Of a stretch of 64,000 nt of DNA, positions 52,270 to 64,000 are shown piece by piece. A program made the translations under genes and the position numbers. The notes beneath the pieces are model-generated. The model did not search any database, was not told where the DNA came from, and saw only the letters and a program-made list of their open reading frames with translations. How positions within the stretch are numbered: the first letter of the stretch is position 1; every line of letters begins with the position of its first letter. Source of the stretch: the human T2T-CHM13v2.0 reference genome, Homo sapiens; the NCBI RefSeq assembly GCF_009914755.1, contig NC_060939.1. The stretch is one strand, 5' to 3'.

Positions 52270-53489
52270 GGTTACTTTTAGTTAGTACTTTTTATAGATT
52301 AAAGTGCTACACCCTGGAGTCTATTCATATAAATGCATAAATCTTAAGACAGTATGGTACTTCATTTAATGTAGATATTTAATGGAACAGAGTCAGACTT
52401 AACTGACCAGAAATGGAAAATTTTCAACACTTATATTTGATACGGACATGCAGTGTTACCAAAAATATAACATTTTCATTACTTTGTTTTACAAAATATA
52501 AATTAACCTTGCTATCCATTTAACTTGGTCAATATTTAATAAATTGTGGTTGAAATGTATGTGTCTGTCAGAAATTTGCACATATCACTTTGTTTTCTAC
52601 CCTAGAGTAAAATCCCCAATTATTGTAGGGATTCAGAAGACTTGGGGAACAAGGTGTTTCCCAGGCAAATGGAGGGGAAGTCAGTGGAGCCCTGGGTGGG
52701 AAAGAGTATATGGGCCTGGGCTTGGATTTTGGCAGTGACTTTTATTAGCTGTGTGGCCTTGAACTTCAGTTTCCCCAGTCATAAAATGGAGATCATCACA
52801 TCTACTTTGCACAGCAGTTGTGAAGATTAATTGTATCTTCAGTGAGTGATATCTATGATTTAAAAATGACTAGATAATGATTTCAAGTCAATATTTAAGA
52901 CAGAAAGAGAGGGTGGAAATATCAAGTACAAAAGTGCTGCGGAAAGTCAATAGTCAACGATCCTGGTGGATGGGAGGTCTCAGAGACAGGGGAATTGGGC
53001 ACCGCTTCCACGCACACGAGAGGAGAAGGACACAGAGGCAGAGATCAGCAGAGCAGTGGGCATGGAAGAGGGACCATGGGGTTGGCTGGGTGAGGCTTGG
53101 TCAGGAAAGACAAAGGGGTGGCGGTAGGAGCCCCCAAGGGTGGGTTGAGAGCTCTGTGCCTTACACAAAGAGTGACCCTGAACTGTGCCTTATACAGAGG
53201 TGACAAGAAGTGTTTTAGAAGGGAGATCTGGTAAACAAAGGGGCACATGGAGACAAGCATGAGGGCTGGATGTGCCCCTGGCCTGAGGACAGCAAGGCCT
53301 GAACCCAGGAGGGGTGTGGAGAGTGAGATGAAGATGAGAATCTCACAGTCACAAAGAAGACGATATAGGGATTAGCTCTACTGGAAACAGGAGTGGAAAG
53401 AGCCAAAATGGTCTCCGAAGCTTTGATCTCTTCCGATGAACAATTGTTTAAAGCAACAATAATGACAATAACAAAACAGTCATCCCTTG

Positions 53490-54330
53490 GCATCTGGGGG
53501 GTATTGGTTCCAGGACTCAGTTTCTTGCCACGTGAATCTCTCCAGTTTGCTTTGTCAGAGCAAGCACGTGAAAAGAATCTGAACAAGATGGAAGTCACTG
53601 TCTTTTATAATCTGATTTCCAAAGTGGCATCCATCACCCTTGCTGTGTTTATTCATTAAAACCAAGTCACGAGTCCAGCCCATATACACAAGGAGAAGGA
53701 ACTACACATGGGCATGAAGACAAGGAGACAGGGGTCGCTGGGAGCCATGCTGGAAGCTGCCTACCATACTAGGGGACTGGAGAAGTGGAAATACTCTTGA
53801 CCAAAATAGGACAGGAGGATGGAAATAATTTAGGACCCAGATGATGAATTCAGTTGTAATCATGGTGTATGAGCTAATGGCATGGCATCAGAACCAGAAT
53901 CCACAGCCATTTGAGCCATGGGAGAGCTCTAGAAAGAAGGCAAGCCACGGACATGGATTAGGAAGCATCCTGTTTTGACCATGTTCAGGACATGTATTCT
54001 TAGCTTCATTGCACATGTCTGCAAAACAAATGAGTCTGCTACAGGGCTGTCAGACAGGGCTGTGGTTTCATCTGAAGGTTCAACAAGAAAAGGATTTACT
54101 TCCAACCTCACTCACATGGTTGTTGGCAGGATTCAGTTCTTTGCAAGATGTTAGGATGAGGTTCTTGATTCTTTACCAACAGTGGCCTCGTGAGAAGTCT
54201 TGAGTTGGATAATCCAACTCAACTGTGGCTGGATACCTGACCCACAGAAACTATGAAATAATAAACGTGCTTTTCAAGCCACTAAGTTTTGGTGTGATTT
54301 GTTATGCCGCAACAGATAATTAATACACCC
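53490..54330. mobile_element. MaLR (MLT1-like) LTR fragments
   Basis: gatggaagtcactgtcttttataa; cctgacccacagaaactatgaaataataaa..ttttcaagccactaagttttgg. Confidence 0.6.
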
Positions 54331-55288
54331 AGTTTCCAACTCTTTGATCCTATCAGTTACCATAAGGCACCTAGAAGTTTTCCCACCCTTCCAAGTCCTC
54401 AAAATTTATGCTTTTCTGGAATTTGAGAGAAGGTAATGGTCCACTTAGGGAGGAAGCTATTGTTTGGTACATGCCTCCAGGCACCCTTTCTCCTGCTGGA
54501 CAACTGCTTCTCCAGTCTAATCCTGCTCTAGCTTTTTGCTGGGAAATAACACTCCACTCACTCTTTCACCTTGGACTTCCTGTGCTCCCAAACTTGGCTT
54601 GGGTCCAGACTGTAGTCTTCTGTGTCCCTGACCTGGATTTCTATTCCAGAACCTAAATGCTGCATGTCTAAGCTGATCTGGTCAGCAAATTTTTTATCGC
54701 TCTTGCATTTGATAGTTGGATTGTGGCATTCCTGACCTTGCATTGCACCCGCACAAATCAAAACAGCCTTGGCAGCCCTGTAAGATAATTTGATTCCATT
54801 CCCTAGCAATACAGGGCCAGGTCCAAAGTTACCAAATCAGGGCCCTGACTGCTCCTGGCACCCAGCCCTGGCCCATGGCTTCCTGACTGATCTTCCTGAC
54901 CTTTGCCTTTCCAGCTCCACCACCTCAAGGAGGCATGAACGATCTTTCAGAGGCATGTGCCAAGTTCTGAGCTTGGTCTTCCCATCCTTCCAGGGGGTGT
55001 GGGATGGGACTTGGAGTTATGCCAGCTCTTCAGAAGGGGATGTGCATGCACCAGCTCCAAGTAGAGTTGGCAATAGGCACCGCTACTCAGTGGCACAGTG
55101 GTGACTCATGAAAGCAGTGGGGAGTAGGACATGGTGGCAGAGAATCAGTTCCCAGGCCCTGCTCAGCAATTATGAAAAAGGCTGTTAACTTGGCACCAGG
55201 AAAATAGAGTAAAGGTCGCTTTTCCTGACTTCCAAGGACTTCCACAGACTGAGGCCAACCTGCTCGCCCAATGTGTTCTCTACTGTGA

Positions 55289-55733
<445 letters not shown>

Positions 55734-55975
55734 AAAATATTTATTATTAATAAATGGATGAGCCTTGTAGAAATTATGTGGAACAAAAGAATCTGGACAC
55801 AGAAGAGTAAAGACTGTATGCTCCACTTAGATGACTTTTTAGAATAGGCAAAATTCATCTAAAGTGGATAAAATAAAGGTCATACTTGTTGCCCTGGTTA
55901 GTTACCTGGAAAGGGACATGAGGGAGCTTTCTGGAGTGATGGAAATGCTCTATATCGTGATAGGGGTGTGAGTTA

Positions 55976-56543
<568 letters not shown>

Positions 56544-56587
<44 letters not shown>
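56544..56587. repeat. (TA)22 microsatellite
   Basis: Directly visible. Confidence 0.95.
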
Positions 56588-56588
<1 letters not shown>

Positions 56589-57066
56589 TTAATTTTTGTT
56601 ACTTTGTCATTATGGCATTTTGATATATGTCAATTTTACCTTCAATAAAACTGTAAAAATATTAATGGTTGAGTAAGGGCAGGGGAGTGGGGTGAGCTAC
56701 AGAAGACCCTGGAATGGCAGAATGCTGAATGTCGAAGCTGGGTATTTGCCGCATAGGGGTTTATTACGCTATTCTGTTTACTTTGTACATGTTTGAAAAT
56801 TTCCACAATAAAGAGTCAAAAAAAATTTTATGGTGCACATATTCTGCACCATGTCCTATGCTAAAGGGCATGCACAGGCAGACAAGGCTGCAGAATACAG
56901 AAAGAACAAAACTGAAGATGGAATTTATTTTTTTACATTTATTTTTAGAGATGGGGTCTTGCTATGTTGCTCAAGCTGGTCTTGAACTCTTGGGCTCAAG
57001 CGACCCTCCCACCTCAGCCACCCAAGTTACTGGGATTACAGCATTATTCAACCTGAAGATTGGAAG

Positions 57067-57373
57067 ATTTTTTTTTTTTTTTTTTTTTTTGAGATGGAGT
57101 CTTGCTCTGTCGCCCAGGCTGGAATGCAGTGGCACAATCTCGGCTCACTACAAGCTCCGCCTTCTGGGTTCATGCCATTCTCCTGCCTCAGCCTCCTGAG
57201 TAGCTGGGACTATAGGCGCCCGCCACCGCGCCCAGCTAGTTTTTTGTATTTTTAGTAGTGACGTGGTTTTCACCGTGTTAGCCAGGATGGTCTCGATTTC
57301 CTGACCTCATGATCCGCCTGCCTCGGCCTCCCAAAGTGCTGGGATTTCAGGCGTGAGCCACCGCGCCCAGCCA
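57067..57373 (-). mobile_element. AluY-like, preceded by an Alu monomer (~56940-57042)
   Basis: caccgtgttagccaggatggtctcgat diagnostics. Confidence 0.9.
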
Positions 57374-60165
57374 AGATGGATTTTTTACTTACAAACATAA
57401 AGTGCGTTGAAAAGGGGGAAAGGTGGACTAAACGGAAAGTCATGCCAGCCCCAACATGTGGCTCCAAGAAGAGAACCCTGCACCAGAAGGGAAGTCATCC
57501 AACTGCTTCTTTCATGGCTCACAACATGTCACGAGACCATCGCCAGCAGAACTAAACACTGGGCGAAGCGATGTGGTTGATTTACATTCTGGCTCAGGCT
57601 CTATTCTTGAACCATCAGCCAGAAATGTGACCAACACTAAGGCAATGATTTATTAGATTCACCTGGGAGCACCCAGATAAACTAAATCAGAATCCCTTGT
57701 GGCAGGGCTCGGGCATCAGTGTATTTTGATGTTCCAGATGCAATTCCAATACACAGCCAGGGCAAGAACCAGCGATCTGTGAGCTGCTCAAGTCACATTG
57801 CTTCCAGGAAGTCTCTCTTCATGCTCGCTCACAAAGAGCCTTCTTTTATCCAACACCCTAAACATTGCTGACTGACAGTCTGCTATCTAGGTATATGGGG
57901 CCTTGTACTGTTTTGAACAATTCATGCTTGTCTTCTTTAATGAGGATGTCTGCACATGTGTTCTTGAGGGTAAGAATTACCTTTTACATTTTTGCATTCC
58001 CCACAACACTTTGCACTATGATGTTCAATAAACATTCAATTTTCAAATTTTTATTTAGACAATGAAATATTTCCTTATTATAAATTGGCTGCATTCTTTA
58101 ATTCTCAGAGTACTGAACTAAATGATTAATCATTACTGGAACATGTTCTTTCATAATGAAAATACTAAAAGATTTATAAACTTAAACATAACTTTTCAGT
58201 TATTTAATTTGGGGATTTTCCAAGTCAACGTATTTCCTATTGAACAGATTTTTGTCTATATTATTTTTGCTCTCTGACCTGATGTGAATCTTTCAGACGC
58301 TGGGTTGGTTGAAGGGGAAACAGTTTTTCTAATGCAGCTACTGTGAGCTGAGCTGACTTAGGCCTTGGAGAATTACCATTCTTACCAATTGACCACAAAA
58401 GCAGATAGGAACAGTATCTACGTATTACAAACCAGAATCAAAATGACCTTCACACATGATTAGTGTGGAATTCTTTTCAGTGGAAAATGGCAACATTTAG
58501 CAGCACAGGGTGCAGTTGGCTTCAAATACTCTCTGAAGTGAAACCATTGTGTTTTCCTGGGTGACTGAGCCCAGGGCTAATGCCCATCGGAGAAGCTGCT
58601 GGGAACTGCAATGCTTTGATTAAACAGAGTATTAACCACAGGCTGGCTGTTTGAACCATATCGATAAAGACAAAATTCACCCTATCTACCAAAACATTCT
58701 TTGCATGTAAGACTTAACAATGAAAATAAACAAAAGCTTTAGCTGTCAACTATATATACCATGAAGAATGGCAAAACTGGTTTTTGTTAATGCTATTTTG
58801 TCTTTTAATCGCTCAGTTGGCTATGAAAACTCTTGTTTACATTCCTTTACATATTGTTGAGCTTCAAGGTAATTGTGAAAGAAAACGGGGAATTAATATC
58901 ACTTCCCAGAAGCCACATTTTATTTAACCTCAAAAACTTTATGTAAAAGATTTTGTTATGAATCAAAGGCTGGCAGTTCTTCCCACTGGGGTGATTTAGG
59001 AAATTAAAGTTAGGAGTAGATGGTGCTAATGGGAATGGTAAGACTAGTAAGAGTGATTTATTCCTTGCAGAAAAAAATCACTGTCGATGCTCAGTTGAAA
59101 TAATGTGGAATTTAATAATTACCTCATAGTACCATCTAGTGGTGCTATATTTCTACCCTTGTGTTAAGTGAGGACTGTAGTTTTCTGTAGCCCGAAGCCA
59201 GCAAAGCCAGGTCAGTGGTCTATTACAAACACTTTAACTGTAAGCTGTTAGAAGGGTGAGTTCACAGAGAAAATGTAAACAAAGTATTAGTAGCTCATAT
59301 GACAATATTAAATTTTAAAATGTTCCCAGAACTCAGACATGTTCAATATGGATTCTCAATAAATTGTGTTTTTAAATATTGAACAAATACTGTGATTACT
59401 TTTTTCACAATAATTACAGCAATTTGGGTAGTTTTGGGTACTACCGTAAGATTCTAAGCACTATTTTATATTTTTCCTATTCTGAACAATTGTGGTTTGT
59501 GCATTTCTTCCAGTAAATGCTGTCTGGAAAATAAATACCTTTCACATGGTACGTGTTATTGGAAAACAATTGTCTTTAGTGAGATTTATGGAATGTGGAG
59601 AAAAAAAATTTTTTAAGGAACTATTGCTCCTATGAAAGCTTGAGAGTGTTACGGGCAATGTAGGCACTTTTAGATCAAATTCAAACATAAAAAGGCACTT
59701 ACACACATTTTAAGAATACTTGTAATTATAAGCACATTTTCAGATTTACAGGACTAAGTCTAGTTTAAGCATAAACCAGATTCAATGTGAATCTCTATAT
59801 ATTTTTCTTGCTTCAAGTATTATTTTACAGAAGGGACACTGATTTGTTTGGCCTGTGTAAACCTAAGAATCTAGGTTTGATCTAGTAGATATCATATCTA
59901 GTAGATGTCATATCTCAACAATAAAGGGTCTGAAGAATAAATATTAATATTTAGGCCTAAGTTATTTTTTAAAATTCATAATGTGTCTGTCCTGTTTTGC
60001 TTACTGAATTAACAAATCTTTAAAGAAAACCTTCATATATTATAGCGATATATTTATATCACAGTGATATGATTTATTGAATGTGAGAGAAATTCTCACA
60101 CTCAATTTTAATTTTCTTAAAAAGAAAAGATGGGAAAATGTTACAGTATTTAAATAGTGAATGCT

Positions 60166-60520
60166 GGGCGGCGACGGCGACATGGAGAGCGGGGCCTACG
60201 GCGTGGCCGAGGCGGGCGGCTCCTTCGACCTGCGGCCCTTCCTGACGCAGCCGCAGGTGGTGGCGCGCGCCCTGTGCTTGGTGAGCCCGGGGAGGGCGGG
60301 CCGGGGGCACCCCGAGGACCCCCCCCGCCGCCAGGCCCGGCGGGACCCCTAACCCACGAGCGTGACAGGTGGATGCGGCCGCGTCCGGGCCCTGGCGGCG
60401 AGCGGGGCGGGCATTTAGCGTCCCGGGCCCCGCCTTCCCGCCCTCCACAGTCTTCGCCTTGATCGTGTTCTCCTGCATCTATGGCGAGGGCTACAGCAAC
60501 ACCCATAAGTCTAAGCAGAT
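60166..60520. promoter_or_regulatory. CpG-island-like segment imported by the retrocopy (GC boxes, G4 motif)
   Basis: Very high GC/CpG against AT-rich flanks; GGGGCGGG 60404-60411; GGGGAGGGCGGGCCGGGGG 60289-60307. Activity not shown. Confidence 0.45.
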
Positions 60521-61821
60521 GTACTGCGTGTTCAACCACAACGAGGATGCCTGCCGCTATGGCAGTGCCATCGGGGTGCTGGCCTTCCTGGCCTCGGCCT
60601 TCTTGGTGGTCGACGCGTATTTCCCCCAGATCAGCAACGCCACTGACCGCAAGTACCTCGTCATTGGTGACCTGCTCTTTTCAGCTCTCTGGACCTTCCT
60701 GTGGTTTGTTGGTTTCTGCTTCCTCACCAACCAGTGGGCGGTCACCGACCCGGAGGACGTGCTGGTGGGGGCCGACTCTGCGAGGGCAGCCATCACCTTC
60801 AGCTTCTTTTCCATCTTCTCCTGGGGTGTGCTGGCCTCCCTGACCTACCAGCGCTACAAGGCTGGCGTGGACGACTTCATCCAGAACTACGTCGACCCCA
60901 CTCCGGACCCCAACACTGCCTACGCCTCCTACCCAGGTGCATCTGTGGACAACTACCAACAGCCACCCTTCACCCAGAATGCGGAGACCACCGAGGGCTA
61001 CCAGCCGCCCCCTGTGTACTGAGTGGCGGTTAGGGTGGGAAGGGGGACAGAGAGGGCCCTCCCCTCTGCCCTGGACTTTCCCATGAGCCTCCTGGAACTG
61101 CCAAACCCCCTCTTTCACCTGTTCCATCCTGTGCAGCTGACACACAGCTAAGGAGCCTTACAGCCCGGCGGGGGCTGGCCGAGCCACACCCCACGTGCCT
61201 GTGCCCAGAGGGCTTCAGTCAGCCGCTCACTCCTCCAGGGCACTTTTAGGAAAGGGTTTTTAGCTAGTGTTTTTCCTTGCTTTTAATGACCCCATCCCCG
61301 CCTGGAGTGGCTAGAAGCCAGCAGGCACCCATGTGCTACTGACAAGTGCCTCAGCTTCCCCCCGGCCCGGGTCCGGCCGTGGGAGCCGCTGTTACCTGCG
61401 TTCTCTGCCAAAGACTCGTGGGGGCCGTCACACCTACCCTGTGCAGCGGAGCCGGACCAGGCTCTTGTGTCCTCACTCAGGTTTGCTTCCCCTGTGTCCA
61501 CTGCTGTATGATCTGGGGGCCACCACCCTGTGCCGGTGGCCTCTGGGCTGCCTCCCACGGTGTGAAGGCGGGGCTGGTGCTCATGGCACTTGCTTCTTGC
61601 TCCCACCCCTGGCAGCAGGGAATGGCTTTGCCTGACAACACCCAGCTTTATGTAAATATTCTGCAGTTGTTACTTAGGAAGCCTGGGGAGGGCAGAGGTG
61701 TCCCATGGCTCCCAGACTCTGTCTGTGCCGAGTGTATTATAAAGTCGTAGGGGAGATGCCCGGCCCTGGGATGCTGTTTGGAGATGGAATAAATGTTTTC
61801 TCATTCAAAAAAAAAAAAAAA
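60166..61821 (+). pseudogene. SYNGR2P1: SYNGR2 (synaptogyrin-2/cellugyrin) retrocopy with an intron-1-like insert
   Basis: ATG 60182 MESGAYG..FDL..FLTQPQVVARALCL; from 60450 VFALIVFSCIYGEGY..YQPPPVY*, stop 61022, no further introns; 3' UTR, AATAAA 61788-61793, A15 61807-61821; TSD TAGTGAATGCT 60155-60165 / 61823-61833. Pseudogene symbol is from memory. Confidence 0.95.
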
Positions 61822-62309
61822 TTAGTGAATGCTTTTGTAAAATAGCAGCCAAACCAAGACCAAAATGTTTCTTTAGTGTACTTTCATGCTTAATGCTGAC
61901 AGATAGCATTGTTTGAACTCACAATCAATTTTTTATATATACCTTTTCATTACAAAACAAATAATATTCATGGCAGAAAATGAAGAAAACCAAAAAGCAA
62001 AAATAAGATAAGAAATTTCACCTGAAATCCCAACACTTAAAATGCCATTTAAAATATTTTCCCAAGTAGCCCCATTTTTTAAAATGAGCAAATTAGCTTC
62101 CCACTTAACTTCTTTCACTTAATACTAAACTGTGAATAACTTTCACAGTGTGATTTTCATTTCTGAAATTGCCCAGCTTCTAAGGCCCACTGCATGCAAG
62201 GAATTTAGCTAAAACACATAGTCCTTGAGGAGATGACAGTCTAGAAGCAGAGACAATATACACTGTAGTTAATGACAGTTAAAATGTCCTTAACAAGATT
62301 AAAAACTCG

Positions 62310-63079
<770 letters not shown>

Positions 63080-64000
63080 TAAACATGTTTTTTAAAAGAA
63101 CACACAAAAAAGAATAAAATTCCCTGAGAACTAGCTTTATTTCTTCCATTTCTGTGGTCTCCTGGTCTCAGACTGGAATTGTTTTGTTATTAAGTAAAAA
63201 CCAGCCCTCAACTGGCCAAAGCACAAAGGTAAGTCACTGACTCATGTAACTAAACTCCCTAGGAACAGACCCAGCTTCAGGCAGAGCTGGATACAGGCTG
63301 CTCATCTGCCTAATTTGGTCTGGGTGCTGCTCCTTGGCTCTTGGTTAGCTTCCTTTCTGTTGGTTCCTTTCTCCTTTGCAGAGGCAAAAACAGCACACGC
63401 TTTTAGTTGGAGTCTTGCTGCCTCCTGGGATGTTCTTCACCACCATCCTGGGGATTCACTTTGACTCAATCTTGGGTTGGGTTCTTTGTCTCCTTATCCC
63501 ATATATTCCTCTTCTTTGATTTGCTCTCTTATTTTGGTGGAGGCTCCACTCTACTAGTTTCCTGAGAGAAGCTGCCTTGGAATGAAATGTTTTGAGACTT
63601 TGTATGACCAAAATGTTTCTTTAGTTTACCCTTGTGGTTAATAGTTTTGCTGGTGTGAAAGAGACTGCCAGTGTTACATATATCTTGTCCTCCTTTCTTT
63701 CCTGGGTACATGACGGGATTACCTTTGCAAAGGACTAACAGTATCTTTGCAGTTAGGTAGTCTTGTGATGAGTGTAGCCAATAAAATGAAAAAAGAAGTG
63801 TGTGACCTCCAGGCCCAGGGAATTAATAGCTTGGGTGCTACTCCAGGCTCTCTTCCCCTGCTGCAGGAGCTTTGGAGGCCCCTTGTTTCAGAGCAACATC
63901 TCAAGGTGAAAAGAACCTGGATACCTGAATCACAGGATGGAGGGGATCACCTGCCAACTTGCCTTTGCATGAACAAGAAGGAAGCGTTGTTAGGCTGGCC

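Noticed and set aside
59881-59915. Short tandem duplications (TCTAGTAGAT.TCATA x2 here; also (GAAATT)4 near 6887 and TTCATTCTGTTGACT x2 near 46820)
   Set aside because: Ordinary slippage duplications with no further structure
60074-61750. Antisense and alternative-frame ORFs over the SYNGR2 copy
   Set aside because: Expected from stop-poor GC-rich sequence

Overview
Primate (most likely human) intergenic/intronic DNA dominated by interspersed repeats: about 35 Alu/FLAM copies, several L1 generations, MaLR/ERV LTRs, MER DNA transposons and microsatellites. I see no intact, normally spliced protein-coding gene, and almost all listed ORFs are repeat-derived or chance. Two retrocopies stand out, each with a poly(A) remnant and target-site duplication (TSD), and each copied from a non-canonical RNA. 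(1) An NCAPG copy (20939-22561) has its upstream exons fused but retains a complete 472-bp intron and ends in a poly(A) tail inside the next intron, within a MER58-like element. (2) A SYNGR2 copy (60166-61821) carries 169 nt of intron-1-like GC-rich sequence between exon 1 and exon 2, with an uninterrupted reading frame downstream. A near full-length antisense L1PA (33626-39040) has an internal 2.3-kb inversion with a fold-back junction. Also present: a perfect 68-bp minisatellite, an unidentified palindromic MITE-like element split by an L1 fragment, and a perfect RFX X-box. From memory only (not verifiable here), the pseudogene pair suggests NCAPGP2/SYNGR2P1 at human 15q13. Repeat subfamily calls and boundaries are by eye and approximate.
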